NCBI GenBank assembly: GCA_947494155.1 | Contig: CANLTW010000002.1 | Location: 1,488-65,487, forward strand | Length of the DNA: 64,000 nt | Source of the DNA: Chlamydiota bacterium | Lineage (GTDB): Bacteria > Chlamydiota > Chlamydiia > Chlamydiales > RGXB01 | Direction of reading: 5' to 3' | Shown: piece by piece, positions 1-9,798 of the stretch | Layout: each line of letters begins with the position of its first letter | Numbering within the stretch: position 1 is the stretch's first letter | Notes under the pieces: generated by a model | The model's input: the letters and a program-made list of their open reading frames with translations, nothing else | What the model was told of the DNA's origin: nothing | Databases searched by the model: none | Program-made: the position numbers and the translations under genes

Positions 1-1173
1 CCCCAGCTCCATTTTTTCTTTCCAGAATTTTATGCACTCGATGGAACCGATGAGTCGATCAACATCCTGAAGCAAATGACGCATGATCCTAATATCTACG
101 TGAGAGTCAGTGCAATCCTTTCTGCAGTAAAATATGACCGAGACACCCTCCTTAGCGTTATCAGAGCCGTTGTTACCCATCCCCATCCGGTTGAGCAGGA
201 GGTCGCAGCCCACGCCTTAGGTGTTTTCAAGGACATTGAGGCTAAACCAAAACTCGAAAGATTGACAAAATCCGCAAGTCCCGACGTTCGCCTAGCCTCT
301 TCTTTGGCTTTGCTCAAACTAGGATTTTTTGAACATAAAGACGAGATCGTGCGCCTTGCTCAATCGGGTCACCCGTTTGCGATCTCTACACTTGGAGAGG
401 TAGGCGGAGGGACAAAAGAGCTTTTGGATCTATTGAAAAGTCCCCACCACATGACCCGCTATCGTGCAGCCTATGCGCTCTTAAAACAGAGAGATCCCCG
501 CTGTTTGGCTACCATAATTGAGATCCTTGTAACCCCTACATATGACCTGAATTTGGTCCCTTTCTTTAGCCCGGCAAGGAGCCTGTCCAGTTTTGAGTCC
601 TATTTTGGACCTATCAAAGAGGCCGAATTGAAAAACTCCATCGCCTCTTACACCAATTTCATCAAACAATCGATGCTGATTGAGGCTTTAGATCTAGGCG
701 AATCCTATTTTCTTAATATTGCAACAACTCTTTTCTCTTTAAAAAAATCGGAAATGATCCCCGTCCTTGTCAGACTTTTAGAAAATCTTCAGTCGAAAGA
801 GGCGGTCGATTTACTTAAAAAATCGACACAGATGCCCGGTGCACCATTCATCAGATCCTATGCAAACCTCGCTATGTACCGGCTTGGCAATTACAAAGAA
901 TTTGATAAAGCTACCATCGAATTTGTGAAAGATTCGGTTTCTAGTGAGATGATCTCTTTTCAACCGATGGACCTTGACCCAAGAAACAAAACACAAAATA
1001 ACCCATTTCAGCTCACCCCGTCGGAAAAATCCCAGCTTCTTCTCGAAACCTTTGAGGCACTTCTCATACGTCATGAAAGCGAAGGAATTGATCTTATTTT
1101 AGAATGTATATTGAAAGGTCACCCCAATAACAGGTATGCTTTAGCTGGATTACTCTTAAAGATGATACAGTGA
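1..1173 (+). CDS. HEAT/PBS-lyase-type repeat protein, 5' end truncated by the window edge
   Basis: Frame 1 is open from nt 1 with no stop before the listed ATG at 76, so the gene probably starts upstream of the window. It has repeated units of the form D/S-P-x-VR-x-x-A-x-x-AL (DPNIYVRVSAILSAV, SPDVRLASSLALLKLG, HHMTRYRAAYALLK). The stop overlaps the next ATG by 4 nt. Confidence 0.6.
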   Translation, partial: PQLHFFFPEFYALDGTDESINILKQMTHDPNIYVRVSAILSAVKYDRDTLLSVIRAVVTHPHPVEQEVAAHALGVFKDIEAKPKLERLTKSASPDVRLASSLALLKLGFFEHKDEIVRLAQSGHPFAISTLGEVGGGTKELLDLLKSPHHMTRYRAAYALLKQRDPRCLATIIEILVTPTYDLNLVPFFSPARSLSSFESYFGPIKEAELKNSIASYTNFIKQSMLIEALDLGESYFLNIATTLFSLKKSEMIPVLVRLLENLQSKEAVDLLKKSTQMPGAPFIRSYANLAMYRLGNYKEFDKATIEFVKDSVSSEMISFQPMDLDPRNKTQNNPFQLTPSEKSQLLLETFEALLIRHESEGIDLILECILKGHPNNRYALAGLLLKMIQ

Positions 1174-3197
1174 AATTAGCTTGGTGGCTTTTAGCTATCA
1201 CTCCCCTCTTTGCGCAGGTGAAGATCTATTTAAACGATCTTCAAGTTGTGAACGATCGTTACGAAACACATAACGGTGGGCTGTTCTTTTCTGATCAATT
1301 AAGCTTGCAGGCTCAAAATATCTCTTTCGACCGCGAAAACGGTATCCTTGAAGCAAGTGATGCGCTTTTATTTATCCTGAATGGGCAAATTTTTGTAGCA
1401 AACAGCTTATATATAGACCTAAAAAACCAAACCGGTTTTTTCGAGGATCTGACCTGTAAAATCAATTCCCTTTACATCGAGGCAAAAAAAACGGGTCTGG
1501 ATACCACCGGGGCGATCACTTTTGAAAGAGTGGAGATCACCCCTTTTGACCAACCCCCCTTTTTATTCTCGTTTCAGGTGCTTCAGGGTTCTATCGATAA
1601 AGAGAAGAATTTACAAGCGCAATCTATTTCTGCCCAGTTGATCGGAGCCCCTGTCCTATTTTACCCTCGAATTAAGTGGAATCTTGAACAGCTCCCGACA
1701 AAAGGCGTCCGCTATTTTTTCATGTACAACCAGGGTCAAAACCCCCTCTTTTCTTTTCGCTATCCTCTCATCGCAGAAAAAAATGCGAAGGCCCTTTTTA
1801 GATTTGATTATCGCGTCGGGAAGGGGTTTGGTACCGCCCTTGAGACCGACACCTCATTAAATAAGGATCGTATTCAGTACTGGACAGAAAATTTTTTCGA
1901 CTTCGATACATTTTACAACGATAATAATACCAAAATTTTGCAGGCACGCTATCGGTTCAAAGGGGTTTTAGACGCTTTCCCCAAAGACGAGGATCTTTTT
2001 GTTAAATTCCAATATGACGTACAATCTGATAGAAACCTCAGGCTAAACTTTTATGCGGCCCAATTCGAAGCGCGCGACGTAATGCGCACAGAAGGGCTGC
2101 TAGGAGTTAATAAATTCTTTTCTGAAAATCTTTTAGCCTTTCGTCCCAGAGCCAATACCTATGAGAGCTTAAGCCAGCAACTGCCCGCCCTAAAAATTCA
2201 GGTGGATCCGATTGTTTTTCCTTTTATAGGCCTCCATTTTTATAACACCTTTGATTTGAGCTACCAAGACTACACCTTCTCTAACAATTTGTACCAGGCG
2301 GTGCTCCCTTTTCATGCATCACGGTTACAAACAACGCAAAAACTAGACTGGCCACTAGATTTTGGACCGTTGAAAATCGAACCGGAGGGTCTATTTAGCG
2401 CTATCTACTACAACAACACCCCACTGCAATCTCAAGAGACGCTCGTCTATTTTAACTATGGGATCAAAGCCTCTACTTTGATCGAAAACAGGTCTAAACA
2501 AAACCGACATGTGATCCAACCCTATGTGGATTTTCACGCTTTTTCCACCCCCACCTTATCTCAAAAAGAGCGTTATATTTTCTCGCTAAATGATGGAATC
2601 TACCAGATTCAGGAGCTCAAAACAGGGGTTTTACAAACTCTTAGTTTCGATGCTCTCGATTCGATTTGCACATGGGATCTTTACGGCTTAAATTTCTTTA
2701 CCCAATCGACGTTTAATGTAACCTTCCCTAAATTAAAAAGCTTTTTTACAGTTGAAACCCCCTGGTGCACTTTTAAAAATATTTTTGGGTATAATTTCCA
2801 AAAAAACTCGATCGATATTTTCAATCTTGAATGGGGCTGGACATTCAAAAAAGATTTTGCCTTTCATCTAGACTGGCTCTATAGGGGCCCCTTTGAATGG
2901 AAAAAAGACGACAAAGAGAACTATCAGCTTGATATGGCCTATCCAATCGATACCCTTGCATTGACCCCCCTTTCGGACCGCAGAAATACTTTTATCAGCC
3001 GGCTTGAATGGCACTTTTTGCCTAATTGGACCGTCCGCTTTGAACACCATAATGGTTTTTGGCGAAGCACCGAGCCCCCCTATCTAGAGTTTCGCGCTGG
3101 AATCTCCACTGTCTACCGCTCCGGTTTAGACATCAATTTATCCTTCATTAAATCGATAAACGACATTCAAGTGCTTTTTAGCATGAACCTTGTTTAA
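1170..3197 (+). CDS. Outer-membrane LptD/OstA-like protein (putative LPS-assembly beta-barrel)
   Basis: It has an N-terminal signal peptide (MKLAWWLLAITPLFAQV). This is followed by an OstA-like beta-jellyroll pattern (..LQAQNISFDRENGILEASDALLFILNGQIFVANSLYIDLKNQTGFF). The rest is a long aromatic-rich region of alternating beta-strand character. The assignment is by pattern only. Confidence 0.45.
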   Translation: MKLAWWLLAITPLFAQVKIYLNDLQVVNDRYETHNGGLFFSDQLSLQAQNISFDRENGILEASDALLFILNGQIFVANSLYIDLKNQTGFFEDLTCKINSLYIEAKKTGLDTTGAITFERVEITPFDQPPFLFSFQVLQGSIDKEKNLQAQSISAQLIGAPVLFYPRIKWNLEQLPTKGVRYFFMYNQGQNPLFSFRYPLIAEKNAKALFRFDYRVGKGFGTALETDTSLNKDRIQYWTENFFDFDTFYNDNNTKILQARYRFKGVLDAFPKDEDLFVKFQYDVQSDRNLRLNFYAAQFEARDVMRTEGLLGVNKFFSENLLAFRPRANTYESLSQQLPALKIQVDPIVFPFIGLHFYNTFDLSYQDYTFSNNLYQAVLPFHASRLQTTQKLDWPLDFGPLKIEPEGLFSAIYYNNTPLQSQETLVYFNYGIKASTLIENRSKQNRHVIQPYVDFHAFSTPTLSQKERYIFSLNDGIYQIQELKTGVLQTLSFDALDSICTWDLYGLNFFTQSTFNVTFPKLKSFFTVETPWCTFKNIFGYNFQKNSIDIFNLEWGWTFKKDFAFHLDWLYRGPFEWKKDDKENYQLDMAYPIDTLALTPLSDRRNTFISRLEWHFLPNWTVRFEHHNGFWRSTEPPYLEFRAGISTVYRSGLDINLSFIKSINDIQVLFSMNLV

Positions 3198-3256
3198 AAA
3201 ATTCCCTCCCCTACCCAAATATTGTTTTCAAAAAAAGAACCACCCAAAGAACTCTA

Positions 3257-3285
3257 TTGCAAAAGGGATTCAAAAGGGCTAAAAT
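3257..3285 (+). promoter_or_regulatory. Candidate sigma70-type promoter for tpiA (TTGCAA-17 nt-TAAAAT)
   Basis: TTGCAA lies at 3257-3262, followed by a 17-nt spacer and TAAAAT at 3280-3285. This would leave only a roughly 5-nt leader before the ATG at 3297, which makes the call doubtful. Confidence 0.25.
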
Positions 3286-3296
3286 GGATTTGATAC

Positions 3297-3980
3297 ATGT
3301 ATCTTGTAGCTAATTTTAAAGCCCATTCTCTGGATATTGAAGCCTACATTAAGAGGCTATCGAGCTTAAAGACACTCAAAACAAAAGTTGTCCTCGCTCC
3401 CCCCTATCCCTACCTTTTACAGAAAATCCCCTCCCCTTTTCCGTTGTGCTCGCAGGATGTGAGCGCATTTGAAACTGGCCCCTATACCGGTGAAGTCCCT
3501 GCCCATTTACTAAAATCTTTAGGAGCAAGCTATTGCCTTATTGGCCATTCTGAGCGAAGGAGGCTTTTTCATGAAGACAAAGAGGTCTTAAAGAAGAAAT
3601 TTACTCTTTGTCTCAATGAGGGCTTGCAACCGATTTTTTGCGTTGGCGAAACCCAAGAAGAGCATGAAAAAAATCTTACCCTAGCCACGATTTCCCACCA
3701 GCTGCTCGATGTGATACCCCCCACTTTCAGCTCCCCTATCATCGCCTATGAGCCGATTTGGTCGATCGGCAGCGGGAAAATTCCCGAGGCTTCTACTATT
3801 GCAGCCCTGGTCGAAAATATTAAAAAGCTTTTCCCAAACGCGCTGGTACTTTATGGTGGCTCGGTGAACGCAGCAAACGCCAAAAATCTTGCCAAAGTCG
3901 CTGATGGCCTTTTGGTTGGGAGCGCCTCCAACAACATAGAAACTTTTATCCAAATCCTACAACAACTTGAAACATTATGA
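3297..3980 (+). CDS. tpiA: Triosephosphate isomerase
   Basis: TIM motifs are present: NFKAH, IGHSERR, YEPIWSIGSG and YGGSV. The length is 227 aa, and secG follows immediately, as in many bacteria. Confidence 0.9.
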   Translation: MYLVANFKAHSLDIEAYIKRLSSLKTLKTKVVLAPPYPYLLQKIPSPFPLCSQDVSAFETGPYTGEVPAHLLKSLGASYCLIGHSERRRLFHEDKEVLKKKFTLCLNEGLQPIFCVGETQEEHEKNLTLATISHQLLDVIPPTFSSPIIAYEPIWSIGSGKIPEASTIAALVENIKKLFPNALVLYGGSVNAANAKNLAKVADGLLVGSASNNIETFIQILQQLETL

Positions 3981-4264
3981 TCTTTTTATACTATTTCTCT
4001 TTGATTTTATTTGTTCTTATATGTCTTATCACCTGCTTTAGTGTGCTTATTCAAGAAAGCAAATCCATGGGTCTTGGGGCCACTTTTGGGGGTGAATCGG
4101 CAAGCGCCTTTTTTGGAGCCTCCACAGCCGACGTTTTGAAAAAATTTACAGCGATCCTTGGGGGAATTTTCCTAGCGAGCTGCTTGATTCTTTCGATCTG
4201 GTCCGCCATGATTGAGCCCACTAAAATCGATACTCGTTCTATTGAAGTTGAGCAAAACGGTTAG
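3977..4264 (+). CDS. secG: Preprotein translocase subunit SecG
   Basis: A 95-aa protein with two hydrophobic helices separated by a Gly-rich loop (GLGATFGGESASAFFG). It sits in the conserved position directly after tpiA with a 4-nt overlap. Confidence 0.7.
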   Translation: MIFLYYFSLILFVLICLITCFSVLIQESKSMGLGATFGGESASAFFGASTADVLKKFTAILGGIFLASCLILSIWSAMIEPTKIDTRSIEVEQNG

Positions 4265-4272
4265 ATTTCCTC

Positions 4273-4848
4273 ATGGATCAAAAGCACCAATTGATTATTT
4301 ATCCCAACTCTATTTTGAGAAAAAAAACAGAGGACATTAAAGAGATTACCCCCTCGTTTCTAAACTTCATCGAGAAGATGAAAGAGGTCTGTCTTGATAA
4401 AAAAGGGTTGGGAATCGCAGCTCCTCAGGTGAATGAATCGTTGAGTGTTTTTGTCAGCCCCATGACCGGCACCCATATGAAAACAAAAGATCCCCTTTAT
4501 GCAAAAGAGTCGAAAGACTGGAGTGTTTTCGTGAACCCTAAAATCACAAAATATTCTCAGGAGGCTGTTGGGTATGAGGAGGGGTGCTTATCTTTGCCAA
4601 AGCTCTATCATACAATCTTTAGACCTAAAACGATTGAGGTCAGCTATCAAGATCTCGAACTCAAAACCCACACTAAAGTTTTAACCCACTGGTTTGCTCG
4701 CCTATTCTTACATGAGTATGACCATTTGCAGGGAATTCTTTTTACCGATTACATTTTAGGGAAAATTTCTAACGGCTTTGACCAACAGAGCGATTTAGAG
4801 GATAAAATACGCATTTCCCAAGCCCTTATGGCTTTTGAGAACAGATAA
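4273..4848 (+). CDS. def: Peptide deformylase
   Basis: All three deformylase motifs are present: GIAAPQV, EGCLSLP and HEYDHLQG. Confidence 0.9.
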   Translation: MDQKHQLIIYPNSILRKKTEDIKEITPSFLNFIEKMKEVCLDKKGLGIAAPQVNESLSVFVSPMTGTHMKTKDPLYAKESKDWSVFVNPKITKYSQEAVGYEEGCLSLPKLYHTIFRPKTIEVSYQDLELKTHTKVLTHWFARLFLHEYDHLQGILFTDYILGKISNGFDQQSDLEDKIRISQALMAFENR

Positions 4849-4859
4849 TTAGGATTCTC

Positions 4860-6401
4860 TTGATGTCGATTTCTGTAACCGAGCTTACCCATAGAATTAA
4901 AAGGCATCTGGAACCCTCCTTTAAAGGGATCACAGTACAGGGGGAAATTTCAAATTTCAAAGCCCAATCTTCCGGGCACTATTATTTTACCCTTAAGGAT
5001 GAGGGGTCGCAAATTTCGGTCTCTTTTTTCAACGCGGTGCGATATAAATTTCCCCGCATTCCTAAAGATGGGGACAAGGTAATTTTGCTGGGGGATATAA
5101 CTGTTTATGGACCAAGGGGCAACTACCAGCTTGTCGCTTGCGGTCTTAAATTTGTCGGCGTCGGGGATCTTCTGCTTAGGTTTCACCAGCTCAAAATAGA
5201 GATCCAAGAGCTTGGATGGTTCAATAAAGAGGCGAAAAAATCGCTCCCTGACCATCCTAAAACGATCGGGGTAATCACCAGTCCTACGGGAGCTGTAATC
5301 CAAGACATAATCCATGTTTTGTCCAGGCGGCGGCGCAATTTTCACCTTATCCTCTATCCTGTCAAGGTGCAAGGTGAGGGGGCAAAAGAGGAGATTGCCC
5401 AGGCTATTAACGAAATGAATCGTTATAATCTAGTGGATGTTATGATTGTGGGTAGAGGAGGTGGCTCTATTGAAGATCTTTGGGCTTTTAATGAAAAAAT
5501 TGTTGCTGAAGCTATTTTTCATTCAAAAATTCCGATTATCAGTGCAGTTGGGCATGAGACCGATTTTACGATCGCAGATTTTGTGGCCGATGTGCGAGCG
5601 CCAACCCCCTCCAGTGCTGCCGAAATGGTTTGCCCAAAGAGTGTCGATCTCCTTGAGCGATTCCTTAATTTGCAAAAAAGATTGGATCAGAGGATGGAGG
5701 GGCATCTATCTCAATTGCAACAGGGGCTTGACGGGGCTTTAAAACACCCTTTCGTGCGCGGAATCAGAATTCTTCATCCTTTCATACAGCAGACCGATCA
5801 CATGATCGATTCTTTGGATTTTCAGCTAAGGTCTCTTTTTTCAAACGTAAAAAATAGGTTAGAGGTTCTGACGCTGAGTATCCGTGGTCTTGAGCCAAAA
5901 CAAATCATCAAAGAACAAAAAAATAGCCTTTTGCAAGTTGAAGAAAACCTTAAAAACACTCTTTTACAACACCTTGCAAACCAGAAAAAAGAGTTAGAGA
6001 TCCTCACCTTTAGGCTCGAGGCGCTAGATCCGGCGAAAAAGCTTGAGGAGTGGAAAAATAGCCTTTTGCAAGTTGAAGAAAATCTTAAAAATACTCTTTT
6101 ACAACACCTTGCTAATCAGAAAAAAGAGTTAGAGATCCTCACTCTTAGGCTCGAGGCGCTAGATCCGGCGAAAAAGCTTGAGGAGTGGAAACATCGATTC
6201 AGCAGACTGATCGATCACCTTAAAGCTCTCAATCCTAAACAGATTCTCCAGAGAGGTTTTTGCATCCCCCAAAATAAAAAAGGGGCGATTCTTTGTGGAG
6301 TGGAACAGGTGCAAGATGGGGAAGAAATCGATTTACTTTTTTACAACGGTACTATAGGAGCCCATGTCCATGGAATTCGAAGCAGCCTTCAAACGACTTG
6401 A
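4860..6401 (+). CDS. xseA: Exodeoxyribonuclease VII large subunit
   Basis: It has an N-terminal OB-fold region (GEISNFKAQSSGHYYFTLKD) and a catalytic core (VITSPTGAVIQD, VGRGGGSIEDLWAFN, ISAVGHETDFTIADFVAD). A long coiled-coil tail follows. xseB follows and overlaps it. Confidence 0.9.
   Translation: MMSISVTELTHRIKRHLEPSFKGITVQGEISNFKAQSSGHYYFTLKDEGSQISVSFFNAVRYKFPRIPKDGDKVILLGDITVYGPRGNYQLVACGLKFVGVGDLLLRFHQLKIEIQELGWFNKEAKKSLPDHPKTIGVITSPTGAVIQDIIHVLSRRRRNFHLILYPVKVQGEGAKEEIAQAINEMNRYNLVDVMIVGRGGGSIEDLWAFNEKIVAEAIFHSKIPIISAVGHETDFTIADFVADVRAPTPSSAAEMVCPKSVDLLERFLNLQKRLDQRMEGHLSQLQQGLDGALKHPFVRGIRILHPFIQQTDHMIDSLDFQLRSLFSNVKNRLEVLTLSIRGLEPKQIIKEQKNSLLQVEENLKNTLLQHLANQKKELEILTFRLEALDPAKKLEEWKNSLLQVEENLKNTLLQHLANQKKELEILTLRLEALDPAKKLEEWKHRFSRLIDHLKALNPKQILQRGFCIPQNKKGAILCGVEQVQDGEEIDLLFYNGTIGAHVHGIRSSLQTT
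5919..6188 (+). repeat. In-frame tandem duplication, 2 x 135 bp (2 x 45 aa), inside the xseA coiled-coil region
   Basis: Copy 1 is 5919-6053 and copy 2 is 6054-6188. The unit is KNSLLQVEENLKNTLLQHLANQKKELEILT(F/L)RLEALDPAKKLEEW. By hand alignment I count 6 nucleotide differences, 5 synonymous and 1 giving F to L. Confidence 0.9.
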
Positions 6402-6606
6402 AGAAATTTTAGAAAAAATGCAGGGAGAAAACCCCAGCTTGGATGAGTCTTTAAAACTCTATGAAGAGGCAGATACGCTGATTCAAGTCTGCTCAAAAAA
6501 TTTAGCGAAAGCAGAAAAAAGAATTGAAACGATCATGAAAAATCGTGACAACGCCATAGCGTTGAATTTAGCGCAAGAGCCGGTTTTAACAAATTTTGAG
6601 GCCTAA
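6364..6606 (+). CDS. xseB: Exodeoxyribonuclease VII small subunit
   Basis: An 80-aa helical protein with an xseB-like start (FEAAFKRLEEILEKM...LDESLKLYEEA). It overlaps the 3' end of xseA. Confidence 0.8.
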   Translation: MSMEFEAAFKRLEEILEKMQGENPSLDESLKLYEEADTLIQVCSKNLAKAEKRIETIMKNRDNAIALNLAQEPVLTNFEA

Positions 6607-6645
6607 AGGCATTAAAACTCTTTTAAGGAACATAGGGATTTAAAC

Positions 6646-8415
6646 GTGGAAGATAGAACTCTTGGGATACTTAGTCCTCTGAAATGCGAAGCCAAGGAAC
6701 TTCGTGAAAAGATTATCCATGTTGTGGCAAAAAATGGGGGACACCTGGGTGCCTCGTTAGGAGCTGTTGATCTCATCTTATCCTTACACAAAGTTTTCTT
6801 AAGCCCTTACGACCAGATTATTTTTGATACGGGCCACCAAGCCTACGCTCATAAGCTTCTTACCGGAAGAGCCGATCGCTTCGATACTTTGAGAACCTAT
6901 AAAGGTCTTTGCGGTTTTACAGATCCCACGGAATCGATACATGACCTTTTTTTTGCAGGGCATGCAGGGACAGCCCTCTCTTTGGCTCTTGGGGTTCACG
7001 ACTCCCGCATGGAGGATCAAAATGGACCCTGGACGATAGCTTTAATTGGAGATGCGAGCCTTTCGTGCGGTCTTACTCTCGAGGCTTTAAATAACATCAC
7101 GCAGGCGCATAAACGTTTACTTATAGTGCTTAATGATAACGGCATGAGCATCTCCAAAGGTTGTGGAAATTACCACGAATTTCTACAAAACATCCAAGAT
7201 CCTTCCCCTGATTCACCCAATGATAATTCCAAAAATATTTTCTCTTTGTTTCGTTGTAAATATCTAGGACCCGTCGACGGGCATGACCCCGACAAGCTGG
7301 TCGATTTATGGAAAAAATTAAAAGAGCAAGAGGGGCCTTTTTTAGTCCATGCCAAAACGATTAAGGGGTATGGTCTTGATTACGCTGAGAATTCTCCTAC
7401 AGTATGGCATGGTCCTAAGCCCTTTTGTATTGAATCGGGAACCTTTAAAAAAGTCTCTAGTACAAAAACCCCTTTTCCAAAAATTTTTGGGAAATATCTT
7501 TTTACGCTAAAGAAAAAAGAGCCTAACCTCCACGTGATCACCCCTGCAACAGCAACAGGAGCTTGCCTAGAAGAGTTCCACGAATATTTTCCCTCCAACT
7601 TTCATGATGTCGGAATTGCTGAAGGGCATGCGGTTACCTATGCCGCTGGGTTGAGTCGTTTTCAAAACGTCAAAGTGGTGCTATCCATTTACGCCACCTT
7701 TTTACACCGTGCTTTAGATAATCTCTTTCACGATGTTGTTCTACAAAATATCCCGCTGATTCTTGCAGTCGATCGAGCAGGTCTATCTCCTCAAGATGGA
7801 TCTACCCACCATGGAATTTATGACATCTCGTTTCTCAAAGCGATGCCGGGGCTTTTGATTGCTCAACCACGAGATGGTAGGTTATTGAAAGAACTTTTCG
7901 ACTCTGCATTAACTTATAATCGTCCTGTTGCGATCCGTTATCCCAATTTGGAAACTACCGCTTCAGAAACCCTAACCTGTTACCGTCCGATAGGAAAAGG
8001 GGAAATCCTAGCCAGGGGATCTCCGTATTCGAGAATTCTTTTCCTTCCGTTGGGACATATGGCCCAAACAGCTCTCGATTGCCATAAAAAACTTTTAGAA
8101 AAAGGGATACAATCTACAGTCTTTGATCCTATTTTCCTTAAACCTCTTGATGAAGAGCAGCTTCTCCCCTTAATTGAAGAACATGAATGGATATTTATTC
8201 TTGAAGAACATGCAAAAAACTCTGGTCTAGGGTCAATTATCCTCGATTTTCTCATGGACAAAGAGATCTTTAATAAAAAGGTCTACATATTTGGTATACC
8301 GGATCAATTCTATGCTCACGGAACTTACAACCAGCTGTTGGATGAAGCGGGTTTAACCACAGAAAAAATTTTTGAAAAGATCTCTCTTCTCATGGATAAG
8401 ACAACTTTTTTCTAG
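6646..8415 (+). CDS. dxs: 1-deoxy-D-xylulose-5-phosphate synthase
   Basis: Motifs seen: GGHLGASLG, DTGHQAYAHKLLTGR, the ThDP region IGDASLSCG...LNDNGMSIS, the transketolase-like IAEGHAVTYAAG, and GSTHHG. It uses a GTG start. Confidence 0.9.
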   Translation: MEDRTLGILSPLKCEAKELREKIIHVVAKNGGHLGASLGAVDLILSLHKVFLSPYDQIIFDTGHQAYAHKLLTGRADRFDTLRTYKGLCGFTDPTESIHDLFFAGHAGTALSLALGVHDSRMEDQNGPWTIALIGDASLSCGLTLEALNNITQAHKRLLIVLNDNGMSISKGCGNYHEFLQNIQDPSPDSPNDNSKNIFSLFRCKYLGPVDGHDPDKLVDLWKKLKEQEGPFLVHAKTIKGYGLDYAENSPTVWHGPKPFCIESGTFKKVSSTKTPFPKIFGKYLFTLKKKEPNLHVITPATATGACLEEFHEYFPSNFHDVGIAEGHAVTYAAGLSRFQNVKVVLSIYATFLHRALDNLFHDVVLQNIPLILAVDRAGLSPQDGSTHHGIYDISFLKAMPGLLIAQPRDGRLLKELFDSALTYNRPVAIRYPNLETTASETLTCYRPIGKGEILARGSPYSRILFLPLGHMAQTALDCHKKLLEKGIQSTVFDPIFLKPLDEEQLLPLIEEHEWIFILEEHAKNSGLGSIILDFLMDKEIFNKKVYIFGIPDQFYAHGTYNQLLDEAGLTTEKIFEKISLLMDKTTFF

Positions 8416-8484
8416 AGATATGTTCGATTTAACGGATAACCCTTCAAAGAAAATTCCCGTATTTGTAATCTGATAAAAAATGGG

Positions 8485-9342
8485 ATGTTTATGAAAAAAT
8501 CGCTTTGTTTAGTACCTACGCGGTATAAAGCCTCTACAGTAGAAATAGCCAGAGAGCTAGTGACTATGCTTCGTCAACTCGATTTTGCTATTTTTGTCGA
8601 AGAGGGTTTCGAAGAGGTGGGCGTTCCTTCGATTGCCCCGTTCCAAAAAATCGATTATTTTGTTCTGATTGGCGGAGATGGCAGCTTTGTCGCCAGCGCC
8701 CGCAAATATCTCCCCTGGCAAGCCCCTTTTATTGGAGTGAGTGCAGGGCACTTAAATTTTCTAGCAGATACGTCAATCTCTTTAGCCCTTCTAGATTTCA
8801 AGCAACTTTTGGAGGATAACGTCATTATCGAAGAGCGCGAAATTCTAGAATGCACGATGCCCAATAAAGAAAAGCTATTAGCAATTAACGATATCGTTTT
8901 GCATCGTGGAGTTAACCCGGGAATTATCGAGCTCACGGCTTTTAGCGATGATCAGTTTATATGTGATTACCTTTGCGACGGATTGATTCTATCCACCCCT
9001 ACCGGCTCAACCGCCTATTCCCTTTCTGCAGGGGGTCCTATTGTGTATCCCGAGGCAAAGACAATCACCATGGCGAGTATATGTCCGCAATCGCTTGCGT
9101 ATCGCCCTATCGTCCTCCCCTCAAGTATAGAGCTGGAGATTCAATACATTACGAACCAAAAACCGATACAAGTTTCCATTGACGGGCAAATCAATCGAGA
9201 GTTGGCTCCGATGGAACGTATTTTAGTCAAAGCGGCCCCTGTGAAGATGAAAATGGTCAAACTGAAAAACCACTCCTACTGGGTAAAGTTAAGCCAAAAA
9301 CTCGGTTTGAAAGTCAAAAGCCGAGCAGATCAGCCCGGTTAA
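8485..9342 (+). CDS. nadK: NAD kinase
   Basis: It has the GGDG motif (VLIGGDGSF), the NAD-kinase C-terminal motif (STPTGSTAYSLSAGGPIV), and a typical length of 285 aa. Confidence 0.85.
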   Translation: MFMKKSLCLVPTRYKASTVEIARELVTMLRQLDFAIFVEEGFEEVGVPSIAPFQKIDYFVLIGGDGSFVASARKYLPWQAPFIGVSAGHLNFLADTSISLALLDFKQLLEDNVIIEEREILECTMPNKEKLLAINDIVLHRGVNPGIIELTAFSDDQFICDYLCDGLILSTPTGSTAYSLSAGGPIVYPEAKTITMASICPQSLAYRPIVLPSSIELEIQYITNQKPIQVSIDGQINRELAPMERILVKAAPVKMKMVKLKNHSYWVKLSQKLGLKVKSRADQPG

Positions 9343-9350
9343 AGGAACCC

Positions 9351-9779
9351 TTGATTTTCGACATCACACTATTTTCTGTCGGCAAAAACAAAGAGTCTTG
9401 GCTTGATGAAGCTCTCAGTGAGTATGAAAAAAGACTCAAAGGGAGCATTAAAATCGAATGGGTGCTCTTAAAAAATGATGTCGAACTCGAAAAAGCGGTC
9501 TTTGAAGAAAAAAATTATATTGCGCTTGACCCTCTAGGAAAAGCTTTTTCTAGTGAAGAATTCAGCAAGTTCTTTATTAAAAATATCGAGCAAGACGGGG
9601 GCAAAATGCGACTCGTTATAGGTAGTAGCGAGGGTCTTACTCCTAAACTGCGCTCGAATGCAAAAGCTCTTATCTCTTTATCCCTACTAACTTTTACGCA
9701 CCAAATCACCAGGCTCGTTCTTTTAGAGCAAATTTACCGAGCAGTACAAATTTACAAAAATACCCCTTACCACAAATAA
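9351..9779 (+). CDS. rlmH: 23S rRNA (pseudouridine1915-N3)-methyltransferase RlmH (SPOUT family)
   Basis: A 142-aa protein with YbeA/RlmH-like sequence (EYEKRL, LDPLGKAFSSEEF, LVIGSSEGL, SLSLLTFTHQITRLVLLEQIYRA). It uses a TTG start. Confidence 0.75.
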   Translation: MIFDITLFSVGKNKESWLDEALSEYEKRLKGSIKIEWVLLKNDVELEKAVFEEKNYIALDPLGKAFSSEEFSKFFIKNIEQDGGKMRLVIGSSEGLTPKLRSNAKALISLSLLTFTHQITRLVLLEQIYRAVQIYKNTPYHK

Positions 9780-9798
9780 AAACCTTCTAATAAACAGT

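Noticed and set aside
4950-5372. A 140-aa minus-strand ORF.
   Set aside because: It is antisense to the well-supported xseA catalytic core.
5919-6188. Whether the 135-bp direct repeat could be a CRISPR array or a mobile-element terminus.
   Set aside because: There are only two copies, directly abutting with no spacer. They are in frame inside xseA and encode coiled-coil sequence. No cas or transposase genes lie nearby.
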